Shown here piece by piece: positions 9,116-17,529 of a stretch of DNA of 39,996 nucleotides. Source of the stretch: Chloroflexota bacterium (lineage in GTDB: Bacteria > Chloroflexota > Limnocylindria > QHBO01). The notes beneath the pieces were generated by a model. It was not told the DNA's origin and did not search any database. It saw nothing but the letters and a program-made list of their open reading frames with translations. The stretch lies in NCBI GenBank assembly GCA_039932235.1, contig JBDTQJ010000003.1:1-39996 (forward strand), written 5' to 3'. Position numbers and translations under genes: made by a program. The first letter of the stretch is position 1. Every line of letters starts with the position of its first letter.

Positions 9116-9790
9116 ATGCACCTGTTGGTCGTCGAAGACGACGCGCGCCTCGGGCGCTCCCTCAAACGCCTGCTGGAGGGCGAGCGGCATCTCGTCGAGC
9201 TCGTCACAACCGGCGACGCGGCGCTCGAGGTCGCCGAGAGCGACGGCATCGAGATCGTCATCCTGGACGTCGGCCTGCCCGACATCAGCGGCCTCGAGGT
9301 GGCGCGCCGCATGCGCGACGCGGGGTCGCAGCTGCCGATCCTGATGCTCACCGCACGGGACGCCGTGCCCGACCGCGTGGCGGGCCTCAACTCGGGCGCC
9401 GACGATTACCTGGTCAAGCCGTTCGCCTACGAGGAGCTCGTCGCGCGCCTGCGTGCGCTCGACCGCCGCCAGCGCAGTACGCCGGCCCGACGCGGGGCGT
9501 TCCTCTCCAGCGGCCCGATTCGCCTCGACGAGGAGCGCCGCCAGGTCTCGGTGGAGGGCGAGGACGTCGAGCTGTCCCCGCGCGAGTTCTCTCTCCTCGA
9601 ATGCCTGCTGCGCCATCCGGGACAGGTGCTCAGCCGCGACCAGCTGCTGGAGCAGGCCTGGCCATATGGCGAGTTCCTGATGCCGAACACGGTGGACACC
9701 TACGTTCACTACCTGCGCGACAAGCTGGGGGCGGGCGCGGCCCGCATCCAGACCGTGCGCGGGGTCGGCTATCGCATGGCGGCCGGCTAG
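9116..9790 (+). CDS. OmpR/PhoB-family response regulator
   Basis: VVEDD, ILDVGLP, GADDYLVKPF and winged helix QTVRGVGY. Confidence 0.95.
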   Translation: MHLLVVEDDARLGRSLKRLLEGERHLVELVTTGDAALEVAESDGIEIVILDVGLPDISGLEVARRMRDAGSQLPILMLTARDAVPDRVAGLNSGADDYLVKPFAYEELVARLRALDRRQRSTPARRGAFLSSGPIRLDEERRQVSVEGEDVELSPREFSLLECLLRHPGQVLSRDQLLEQAWPYGEFLMPNTVDTYVHYLRDKLGAGAARIQTVRGVGYRMAAG

Positions 9791-9794
9791 ACCG

Positions 9795-11102
9795 ATGGGC
9801 CTGCGGCCCGGCACTCGCACGCCAGATGCGCCCCTGTTGCGGCGCACCCGGTGGCGCCTGGCACTCTGGAGCGGTGGCGCGACGCTGGCCACCCTGGTGG
9901 TGCTCGGGATCCTGCTCTACGTGGTCCTCAACCGCACCCTCTCCGCGGACTCGGAGGCGAGGCTGCGGAACCAGGCGGACGAGATCCAGCAGGCGGTCGA
10001 CCGCATCGGTGGCAACGCGCTGCGCTTCCTGACCCGCGACGACGGTCCGCTCGGTGGGCCACGGGTCGGCGGTCCCGGCGCGGGCACCACGACCATCGCG
10101 GTCCGTGCCGACGGCCGGGCATTCGGGGTCGTGCCCCGCGAGCTGGTCGATGAATTGCCGGTGCAGGCCGCGTTCGAGGCGGCCCTCGGCGGAGCCGACG
10201 ACGTGCGCACCGTGACCCTCGCCAACACGCCGTTCCGCGTGCGGTCCGAACCTCTCGAGATCGGCGGGGAACGGCTCGTGATCCAGATCCTGGACAACCG
10301 TGCCGCCGAGCAGCGCGTCCTCGCGACCGCGCTCATCGTCCTGCTGGTCGGTGGAGCGGTCGTCGTGCTGGCGTCCGTGGTCTTCGGCTTCGTGTATGCC
10401 GGGCGGGCGCTCATCCCGATCCGCGACTCGCTCCGCCGCCAGCGCGAGTTCGCCGCCGACGCATCGCACGAGCTGCGCACACCGATCACCGTGATCCGCT
10501 CGAGCGCCGACTACCTGCGTCGGTCGCCGGCGCTCCGGGTCGGCGAGACCGCTGCGGCGGTCGATGACATCACCGCCGAGAGCGAGCGCATGACGCGCCT
10601 GGTGGAGGAGCTGCTGCTGCTGGCGCGCGCCGACTCGGACGCCATCGAGATGCGACACGAGCGCATCGACCTGACCGATGTGGCCGGCGACGCGCTCCAT
10701 GGCCTTGCCCGCCTGGCGGACGAGCGCCGGGTGCGGCTCGAGATGGACGGCCAGCCGGCGCCGGTGGAAGGCGACCCGGACCGCCTCCGGCAGCTGCTGG
10801 CGATCCTGGTCGACAACGCGGTGCGGCACTCTCCGGCCGGGGCGGCTGTCAGCGTCCGCGTGGCACGCACCGGTCGCACCGTCTCGCTATCGGTCAGCGA
10901 CGCCGGCGCGGGCATCCGCCCGGAGGACCTGCCGCGCCTCTTCGACCGCTTCTACCGCGCTGCCGGGGCGCCGGCCGGTGGCAGCGGCCTTGGCCTCGCC
11001 ATCGCCGAGTGGATCGCGGAGCGCCACCACGGCAGGCTCACCGCCGCCAACGGGCCGGCGGGGGGTGCCACCTTCACCCTGGTCCTGCCCGCGGCAGGAT
11101 GA
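9795..11102 (+). CDS. Membrane sensor histidine kinase
   Basis: Two TMs; H-box DASHELRTP; N-box ILVDNA; G boxes DAGAGI and GSGLGLAI. Confidence 0.95.
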   Translation: MGLRPGTRTPDAPLLRRTRWRLALWSGGATLATLVVLGILLYVVLNRTLSADSEARLRNQADEIQQAVDRIGGNALRFLTRDDGPLGGPRVGGPGAGTTTIAVRADGRAFGVVPRELVDELPVQAAFEAALGGADDVRTVTLANTPFRVRSEPLEIGGERLVIQILDNRAAEQRVLATALIVLLVGGAVVVLASVVFGFVYAGRALIPIRDSLRRQREFAADASHELRTPITVIRSSADYLRRSPALRVGETAAAVDDITAESERMTRLVEELLLLARADSDAIEMRHERIDLTDVAGDALHGLARLADERRVRLEMDGQPAPVEGDPDRLRQLLAILVDNAVRHSPAGAAVSVRVARTGRTVSLSVSDAGAGIRPEDLPRLFDRFYRAAGAPAGGSGLGLAIAEWIAERHHGRLTAANGPAGGATFTLVLPAAG

Positions 11103-11146
11103 TCGGGCTGCGTGACATCGGGGTGCGCTGGGTGGACACTACGGCC

Positions 11147-11389
11147 ATGGGACCCCGACGCGACCCCTCAGACCCGAAGCCACTGCCCTCGTTCGACGGG
11201 GTGACCCAGTCGCTGGGCACCTTCCTGGCCGGCCTGGAGCAGAAGATCCTGCACGGTCGTCCGCCGGCCGCGGTGGTGGTCGAGGAGGACGAGCGCAGCA
11301 CACCGCGCACCATCAACGGGCTGAGCATCGAGATGCCGGAGCAGATCGAGCGGCCCGAGCCACCCGACACGACCGGCGCGCGTCTCTAG
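11147..11389 (+). CDS. Hypothetical protein (80 aa)
   Basis: Coding-like GC3 bias; GACACT box 6 nt before the ATG. Confidence 0.6.
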   Translation: MGPRRDPSDPKPLPSFDGVTQSLGTFLAGLEQKILHGRPPAAVVVEEDERSTPRTINGLSIEMPEQIERPEPPDTTGARL

Positions 11390-11446
11390 GCGTCCGGAAG
11401 GGGAGCGGCGCCGGCCCGTTCCCGGCGCCCACCCCACGTCGTCCGC

Positions 11447-12502
11447 TCAGAGCGCGACGAGCCAGAGTGACGAGGTGTCGCCGCCACCATCCAGGGCTTC
11501 GACGATGAGGTGATCCTCGTCACCCCTGATCAGGCTGATCCCGTTGATGCCATCCGAGCCGGGGAAGAGCGCCTCCGTGACGGCCGCCCCGTCGCAGGTC
11601 CACGTCTCGCCGTCCGCGCTCACCGCCGAGACGATGGTGGTCGGACCTGCCCCCACCGTGAAGCCGGTGTACAGGATCCGGTAGCCGCTCGCCGTCCGCG
11701 CCAGCTGCGGCTGGAACGTGGAGCCGGCGTCGAAGTCGCCGCACAGGCCCTCCTCGATGATCGGGTCGCTGGCGAGCAGGTCACGCGCCGCCGTCGAGAG
11801 GTCGAACTTGGTCCACGTCGCGGCGTCCTGAGAGGTGGCCATGCCGACCACCCCGTGGTTCGGGAAGAGGCGCGAGGAGGCCGAATACGCGGCCCGGTAG
11901 CCGCCGCCGTCCGCGACCACCGACGGGGCGAAGATGCCACGCCCGTCCCAGGCGTCGCCCTCGCCGGGCCGCAGGATGATCCCCGGATCGGCTGTCCACG
12001 GACCATCCGGGCCGGGCGCGGTGGCGCGCCACGCCACGGTGGGGGCCGGATTGGTGCCCGGCTCGAAACCCCAGCCGTAGAGCGTCCACGTCCCGTCCGG
12101 TTCGACGAGCACGCTGGTCGGAATCGGCCCGGGATCGGCCAACCCGAGGTCGATCGTCGCCCAGTCGGGGTCCGCGGCGGCCTCCCACGACAACGCATCG
12201 CTCGAGGTCAGGTGCGTGGCGCGGGTCACGCCGTCCGCGAAGGCCAGGCCGTACAGGTGATACGTGCCCTCGTGCAGGATGGCGGCGCCGGGATTGAAGA
12301 AGTCCATTCCGACCAGGGTGGTGGCACGGAAGATCGGCTCGTCGCTGGCGAGCGTTCCGCTGGCGTCGGGAAACGGGTGCCGCGTACCGGCCGCCGTCGG
12401 GCTCGGCGAGATGCTGCTGCTCGTCGGGATGGCGCTCCCACCCGCACACGCGACCAGGAGCAGCACCAGGGCCGGGAGAGCCGGGTACGTTCGACGGATC
12501 AT
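11447..12502 (-). CDS. Lipoprotein with beta-propeller glycosidase-like fold (GH43/32/130-like repeats)
   Basis: Lipobox LLVAC, Ser/Pro linker; repeats TSSDALSW, ATSQDAATW, SADGETW, WDGRGIFAPSV. Confidence 0.7.
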   Translation of the reverse strand: MIRRTYPALPALVLLLVACAGGSAIPTSSSISPSPTAAGTRHPFPDASGTLASDEPIFRATTLVGMDFFNPGAAILHEGTYHLYGLAFADGVTRATHLTSSDALSWEAAADPDWATIDLGLADPGPIPTSVLVEPDGTWTLYGWGFEPGTNPAPTVAWRATAPGPDGPWTADPGIILRPGEGDAWDGRGIFAPSVVADGGGYRAAYSASSRLFPNHGVVGMATSQDAATWTKFDLSTAARDLLASDPIIEEGLCGDFDAGSTFQPQLARTASGYRILYTGFTVGAGPTTIVSAVSADGETWTCDGAAVTEALFPGSDGINGISLIRGDEDHLIVEALDGGGDTSSLWLVAL

Positions 12503-12510
12503 GCGGCTGA

Positions 12511-12537
12511 GAGCCCCCGATGACGGGAAAGGTGACG
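12511..12537 (-). promoter_or_regulatory. Candidate ECF-sigma promoter CGTCAC-N18-CTC, 8 nt before the lipoprotein ATG
   Basis: Minus strand reads cGTCAC ctttcccgtcatcggggg CTC tcagccgc ATG. Confidence 0.62.
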
Positions 12538-12538
12538 C

Positions 12539-13342
12539 CTAGGCGGCGAGGTCCGTCGGGCCGATGCGCACCACGAAGCCCTGGCTCCAGCTTCCCTCGA
12601 GCTCGACCAGCCGGCCCCCGACGAAGAGGCGGTTGTCGTGGTAGGTGAGGCGGTCGGAGAGGAAGCCGGCGAGCTGGCCGCGCACCGTGGTGAGCTCGAC
12701 CGGGTCGCTGAAGACGATCCCCACCCCGTCGAGCAGGAATGCGGTCGCCGGCTCCACGAGCGCGTCGTCGTGGCGGTCGGTCACCGTGGCCTTCAGCTCG
12801 AGCCAGGTGACCCCCGAGCCATCCGTGTAGGTCGACGCGTAGCGTTCGACGTTTCGCAGCTTCGGGGCACCGCAGACGTGCGCCGTCATCGGCGGGGCGC
12901 TGTACCAGCCGAGCGGCTTTTCCTCGCACGTGAGGCCCATCTCGGAGAGCTGCGCGGCGATGCCCGCGGCAGTCATGTCGGGGCTGCCCGGGGTCGGGGC
13001 GACGGGAGCGCGGAGCATGCCGAGCCCGACAGCGGTGATGGTGACCGCCACCGCGGCCGCCGCCGCGAGCGAGGCCAGCCGCAGGAGGCCGTGACCGGCA
13101 CGTTCGACGACTGGCGGCTCCACGACCCGCGGGTCGAGCACGCCCGCCGGGATCCGCGCCTCGCCCGCCACCGCCAGGGCGGCTCGCGTGATGCGGGCGT
13201 CCAGCGCGGTGGCGCGCGCCGAGCGACGGGTGCAGACCGGACACCCGTCGAGGTGCGCGCGCTCCGCGGCGCCGAGCGGCTCGCCGTCGAGGAGGCGCTC
13301 GATGATCGCCGCGGTGCGGCCGCAGCGAGTCCGGGTGGTCAC
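12539..13342 (-). CDS. Zinc-binding (ZAS) membrane anti-sigma factor
   Basis: N-terminal C...HLDGCPVC (Hx3Cx2C), one TM, extracytoplasmic C-domain; GTG start overlaps the sigma stop codon. Confidence 0.82.
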   Translation of the reverse strand: MTTRTRCGRTAAIIERLLDGEPLGAAERAHLDGCPVCTRRSARATALDARITRAALAVAGEARIPAGVLDPRVVEPPVVERAGHGLLRLASLAAAAAVAVTITAVGLGMLRAPVAPTPGSPDMTAAGIAAQLSEMGLTCEEKPLGWYSAPPMTAHVCGAPKLRNVERYASTYTDGSGVTWLELKATVTDRHDDALVEPATAFLLDGVGIVFSDPVELTTVRGQLAGFLSDRLTYHDNRLFVGGRLVELEGSWSQGFVVRIGPTDLAA

Positions 13343-13881
13343 GTTTCGTCCTCCAGCCACGCGGCGACCAGGCGGCGGCGGGCGCGCGAGACGATGGCGC
13401 GGGCGTTGACGTGGGTGATCTCCAGCAGCTGCCCGATCTCGCCGAGCGAGTAGCCGTGCCCGTAGTGCAGCACCAGCACGGTGCGCTCGCGGGCCGGCAG
13501 TCGCTCGATGAGCTCCCGCAGCTCCAGGCTGCTGTTCGACGGCGTGCGGTGCAGCCACGGCAGAAGCCGGTCCAGGTGTATGCGGCGCTGGCGCTGCCGG
13601 TAGCAGCGGTGGATGGTGATCCGCGCCAGCCACGCCTCGACCGCCGCCGGGTCGCGCAGCTGGCCGATCCGCTCCCGCGCCACCAGGTACGTGTCCTGGA
13701 CGACGTCCTCCGCCCCGCCGGCACCGATCAGGCCACGCGAGATGGCAAGCAGGCGCGGGCGCGCGCGCTCGAAGGCGGCCTCCAGGTCGACGGCGGCCCC
13801 CGCGTCGGCGGGAGCAGCGATGGTCGTGGAAGCCTCGTGCGGTCGGTCGCGGTCGTGGGACAGGTCGGCCACCTGCGTCAT
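13339..13881 (-). CDS. ECF RNA polymerase sigma factor
   Basis: Region 2 AEDVVQDTYL..WLARI; region 4 LPARERTVLVLHYGHGYSLGEIGQLL. Confidence 0.92.
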   Translation of the reverse strand: MTQVADLSHDRDRPHEASTTIAAPADAGAAVDLEAAFERARPRLLAISRGLIGAGGAEDVVQDTYLVARERIGQLRDPAAVEAWLARITIHRCYRQRQRRIHLDRLLPWLHRTPSNSSLELRELIERLPARERTVLVLHYGHGYSLGEIGQLLEITHVNARAIVSRARRRLVAAWLEDET

Positions 13882-13922
13882 CGGGTCATGTCCTGGGCGT
13901 GAATGATCCTCTCACCCGCACC

Positions 13923-13949
13923 GAGGCACGAGGCCGCCCGATCGTGACA
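13923..13949 (-). promoter_or_regulatory. Candidate autoregulatory ECF promoter TGTCAC-N18-CTC
   Basis: Minus strand reads tGTCAC gatcgggcggcctcgtgc CTC, 41 nt upstream of the sigma ATG. Confidence 0.6.
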
Positions 13950-13957
13950 CGTGCGGG

Positions 13958-14398
13958 TCAGGAGGAGCGCCGGTACTCCCCGTCGAACGCCGTTCGCCAG
14001 CTGGCGCCGCCGTCGGACGAGACCTCCCAGTGCTGACGGACCGAGCCGTCTGCGTTGGGGGTCCACGTGATGCGCTGCTGGTCGACTCGCGCCGGCACGT
14101 CATCGGCTGGTGCTGTCCCCTCGAGCACCATGCTGGCTTCCACGACGCCACCCTCCAGGCGCAGCAGCGAGCCGCTCGAGTCGACCCAGGTCTGATGCCA
14201 GCGGCCCGTTCCGGTATCGAGCGCGTTGAGGCTGGTACCACGGATCCCGCCGACGCCCTCCCAGTGCTCGGCCAGCGCGGCCCCGTCGTACAGCGACTCG
14301 ATGCGGTTGGTGCCCACCTGCCGGCCGTCCGGCGCGAACACATCCCAGCTGCCCAGCCAGAAGTCGAACGCGCGACGCGGATCTTCGGTGCTCTCCAT
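13958..14398 (-). CDS. DUF1579-like beta-barrel protein
   Basis: FDFWLGSWDV, WHQTWVDSSG and RQHWEVSSDGGASW; SD GGAGG upstream. Confidence 0.75.
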   Translation of the reverse strand: MESTEDPRRAFDFWLGSWDVFAPDGRQVGTNRIESLYDGAALAEHWEGVGGIRGTSLNALDTGTGRWHQTWVDSSGSLLRLEGGVVEASMVLEGTAPADDVPARVDQQRITWTPNADGSVRQHWEVSSDGGASWRTAFDGEYRRSS

Positions 14399-14459
14399 CA
14401 CCCCTCCTACCGATACGCGCTGAGCGAGGTTCACGCCGCCCAGGTGCTAGCGTGCGCCG

Positions 14460-14996
14460 ATGCCGGTGCTCTTCCGCTGGGTGGCGGAGCCGCTCGCCTT
14501 CTTTCTCGCCATCGCGATCCTGATCGTGCTCGTGGCGCTGCCGCTCACCGTGTGGCGTGCTGGTGACGAGCGATTCGCCATCGCCGCGCGCCGCACGGGG
14601 AAGGACGTCGCGCTGCTCGTGTCGCTGGCGCTGATCGTGACCCTCACCTTCGCACCCCTGCTCGAGGAGGCACCGCGCCTGCCGGTCAACCTGCTGCCCT
14701 TCCGCGATCAGCTGCTGGCGCTGCGCGGCGAGATCCAGATGTCCCGCGCTCTCGCCGAGCTCGGCGCCAACGTGCTGCTCTTCGTGCCGTTCGGGATGTC
14801 GCTGTCGTGGAGATCGCGGCGACGCCGGGTGCTGCCGGTCGTCCTGGTGGCCCTCGCCGTCTCCGTGGGCGTGGAGGCCGTCCAGGCGCTGTCCGAGACG
14901 GGGCGCCAGGCGGACGTGACCGACCTGCTCGCCAACGTCAGCGGCGCCTTCGCGGGCGCTGCGCTGGTGCGGCGCATCGTCACCGCCCGCAGCTGA
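14460..14996 (+). CDS. VanZ-family membrane protein
   Basis: NLLPF, ANVLLFVPFG, EAVQ and DVTDLLANVSG; TAGCGT box 6 nt upstream. Confidence 0.88.
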   Translation: MPVLFRWVAEPLAFFLAIAILIVLVALPLTVWRAGDERFAIAARRTGKDVALLVSLALIVTLTFAPLLEEAPRLPVNLLPFRDQLLALRGEIQMSRALAELGANVLLFVPFGMSLSWRSRRRRVLPVVLVALAVSVGVEAVQALSETGRQADVTDLLANVSGAFAGAALVRRIVTARS

Positions 14997-15122
14997 GGAG
15001 CGCATCGGATTCGCGCGTGGCGTTCACAACTCGCGCACACACGGCGGCCACTCTCGAGACCATGTCACGAGCGGGTCGGACGATTCGGCGCGTCGGGCAT
15101 ATGAGCAGGAGTACATGACGTC

Positions 15123-15530
15123 ATGGATGGACGTGGTCTCTTCCGGTTGCTGGGCGTGATCGTCGTGATGGCGGTCCTCGCCGGCATCGGCATCGGTATC
15201 TACAACGCCGGCTTCGGTGAAGGCGTGGCCGAGGTGGCGCGCCAGGCGACCGCCAACGGCGAAACGGTCACCGTGGTGCCCCCCTACGGCTACGGCTACG
15301 GCTGGCATGGCTGGGGTGGTGGGTTCTTCCCGTTCGGGATCTTCTTCTGGATCCTGGGGGTCTTCCTGGTGCTCGGCCTGCTGCGCGCGGCCTTCGGCCG
15401 TGGCCACCGCTTCGGGGGCCCCGGTGGGCACGCGGGGTGGCGCGAGGAGCGCGAAGCACGCCTCGAGGCCTGGCATCGCTCCGCGCACGACGAGGCACCG
15501 CCCGCCGGATCCGTCCGACCGACGGCGTAG
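15123..15530 (+). CDS. Hypothetical two-TM membrane protein, first gene of a TCS operon
   Basis: Two hydrophobic segments, Gly/Tyr/Trp-rich loop, C-terminal EAWHRSAH; SD AGGAG. Confidence 0.8.
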   Translation: MDGRGLFRLLGVIVVMAVLAGIGIGIYNAGFGEGVAEVARQATANGETVTVVPPYGYGYGWHGWGGGFFPFGIFFWILGVFLVLGLLRAAFGRGHRFGGPGGHAGWREEREARLEAWHRSAHDEAPPAGSVRPTA

Positions 15531-15543
15531 GATGCCCTGACCC

Positions 15544-16224
15544 ATGGCAACCGTCCTCGTCGTCGACGACGAGCCGAAGATCGCCCGCCTGCTCCGGGAC
15601 TACCTGGAGCGGGCGGGCTTCGGCGTGTCCGTGGCCCGCGACGGCCGCGAGGCGCTGATGCGGGTCCGCACCGAGCGCCCTGACCTGGTGATCCTGGACC
15701 TGGGCCTCCCCGAGATCGACGGACTCGACGTCGCGCGGCGCCTGCGACGGGACGGCGACACGCCGATCATCATGGTCACCGCACGCGACGACGAGATCGA
15801 CCGCGTGGCCGGCCTCGAGCTCGGCGCGGACGACTACGTGACCAAGCCGTTCAGCCCGCGCGAGGTGGTGGCCCGCGTACGGGCCGTCCTTCGCCGTCGC
15901 GATGGCTCCGCACGGACCGATGCGCCGCTGCGCGCCGGTCCCCTCGAGATCGACCCGGGGCGCATGGAGCTGCGTGTCGAAGGGCGGCTGGTCGAGCTGA
16001 CCGCCACCGAGTTCGCGCTCGTCGCCGCCCTTGCGCGTCAGCCCGGGCGGGTCTACACCCGCTCCCAGCTCCTCGACGCGATCCACGGCAGCGCCTTCGA
16101 GTCCTACGAGCGCGCCATCGACGCCCACGTCAAGAACCTGCGCCGCAAGCTCGAGGCGGATCCCCGGCGCCCGCGCCTGCTGCTCACCGTCCACGGCGTC
16201 GGCTACCGGCTGACCGATGCCTGA
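15544..16224 (+). CDS. OmpR-family response regulator (BaeR-like)
   Basis: VVDDE, ILDLGLP, GADDYVTKPF, RAIDAHVKNLRRK and TVHGVGY. Confidence 0.95.
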   Translation: MATVLVVDDEPKIARLLRDYLERAGFGVSVARDGREALMRVRTERPDLVILDLGLPEIDGLDVARRLRRDGDTPIIMVTARDDEIDRVAGLELGADDYVTKPFSPREVVARVRAVLRRRDGSARTDAPLRAGPLEIDPGRMELRVEGRLVELTATEFALVAALARQPGRVYTRSQLLDAIHGSAFESYERAIDAHVKNLRRKLEADPRRPRLLLTVHGVGYRLTDA

Positions 16225-17338
16225 GCGCCGTCACGGGAGGGCGTGGCGCAATGGCCGGCCCCCATGGTGGCCGGCGGACGAGCCGTTTCCACCGGTCGAC
16301 GCGGAGGGCCGCGAGGCGTGGCGTGGCACACGCGGCCGCTTCGTGCGGCGAGCCGGTGCCTTCGGGGTGCTGGTGGCGGCCGTATTCGTCGCCGTGATCA
16401 CCGGCGTGGTGTGGCTCGTCTCCGGGGCGCTCACCTCCCTCTTCGGCCCTACCGAGGCGCCGGGCGCCGTGATCGCCCTCGCGGTCGTGCTGGCCGTCGT
16501 CGGCCTGCTGGTGGTGGGGCGGGTCGTGCGCCGTGCGGCGGCCCCGCTCGGCGAGCTGGTGGAGGCCTCGGGGCGCGTCGAGGCGGGGGAGCTGGGCGTC
16601 AGCGTGGCCGAGGAGGGGCCGCGCGAGTTCCAATCCCTCGCCCGCGCCTTCAACGCCATGAGCCGCCGCCTGGCGGACACCGATGCGGAGCGCCGGCGCC
16701 TGCTGGCCGACGTGTCCCACGAGCTGCGCACCCCGCTCGCCGTCATCCAGGGCACGGTCGAGGGGATCGTCGACGGCGTCTACCCGGCGACGTCCGAGGC
16801 CCTGACCGCGATCCTCGAGGAGGTGCGGGTGATGGAGCGCCTGGTCGAGGATCTGCGCACCCTCTCCCTCGCCGACGCTGGTCAGCTGACCCTGCACCGC
16901 GAGCCCACCGACCTCGTGGCGCTCGCGCAGGACGTGATCGCGGCGTTCGCCGCGCAGGCCGCGCGCGCCGGGGTGATCGTGACGGCGACGGCCACGGATG
17001 ACGTTGCCGACCTCGACGTCGATCCGCTGCGGATCCGCCAGGTGCTCGCCAACCTGGTGACGAACGCCCTCCGCGCCACCGACACGGGCGGCCGGGTGAC
17101 CGTCGCCGTGGCGCGCGAGCCGGGCGGCGCGCTCGTGACGGTGACGGATAGCGGCTCGGGCATGGCGCCCGATCTGGCGGAGCGGGCGTTCGAGCGGTTC
17201 AGCCGCGCGGCGGGCTCGACCGGTTCGGGGCTCGGGCTGGCGATCGTCCGCGAGCTCGTCGAGGCGCATGGCGGCACCGTCTCGCTCCGATCGGCGCCGG
17301 GTGAGGGCACCGTGGTGCGGGTGATGCTTCCCGCGTGA
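16217..17338 (+). CDS. HAMP-domain sensor histidine kinase (BaeS-like)
   Basis: Two closely spaced TMs, HAMP (LARAFNAM), DVSHELRTP, NLVTNA and GSGLGLAI. Confidence 0.94.
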   Translation: MPERRHGRAWRNGRPPWWPADEPFPPVDAEGREAWRGTRGRFVRRAGAFGVLVAAVFVAVITGVVWLVSGALTSLFGPTEAPGAVIALAVVLAVVGLLVVGRVVRRAAAPLGELVEASGRVEAGELGVSVAEEGPREFQSLARAFNAMSRRLADTDAERRRLLADVSHELRTPLAVIQGTVEGIVDGVYPATSEALTAILEEVRVMERLVEDLRTLSLADAGQLTLHREPTDLVALAQDVIAAFAAQAARAGVIVTATATDDVADLDVDPLRIRQVLANLVTNALRATDTGGRVTVAVAREPGGALVTVTDSGSGMAPDLAERAFERFSRAAGSTGSGLGLAIVRELVEAHGGTVSLRSAPGEGTVVRVMLPA

Positions 17339-17424
17339 GGGACTTGCATGTGGTGCGTATGCTGTCCCGGTCGCCGTGCCCTCGGCAGGTCAGTGGGGGT
17401 CGACCATGCCTGGAGGAACGGCGC

Positions 17425-17529
17425 ATGAGCCTCATCGCCGGCCGCGAGCTTCTCGTGGTCGTCCTGCTCGTCACCGCGCTGGTGGCCGTCATGTGGATCC
17501 TTGCCGTGACGCGCGAGACGCCGCGCTAG
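17425..17529 (+). CDS. 34-aa hydrophobic small protein
   Basis: MSLIAGRELLVVVLLVTALVAVMWILAVTRETPR*; SD GGAGG at 17412-17416; -10-like TATGCT at 17358. Confidence 0.62.
   Translation: MSLIAGRELLVVVLLVTALVAVMWILAVTRETPR

Noticed and set aside
15063-15094. Fifth copy of the ECF motif (TGTCAC at 15063; GTCAC also near 5489 and 25408)
   Set aside because: No CTC at the 18-nt spacing in any of these.
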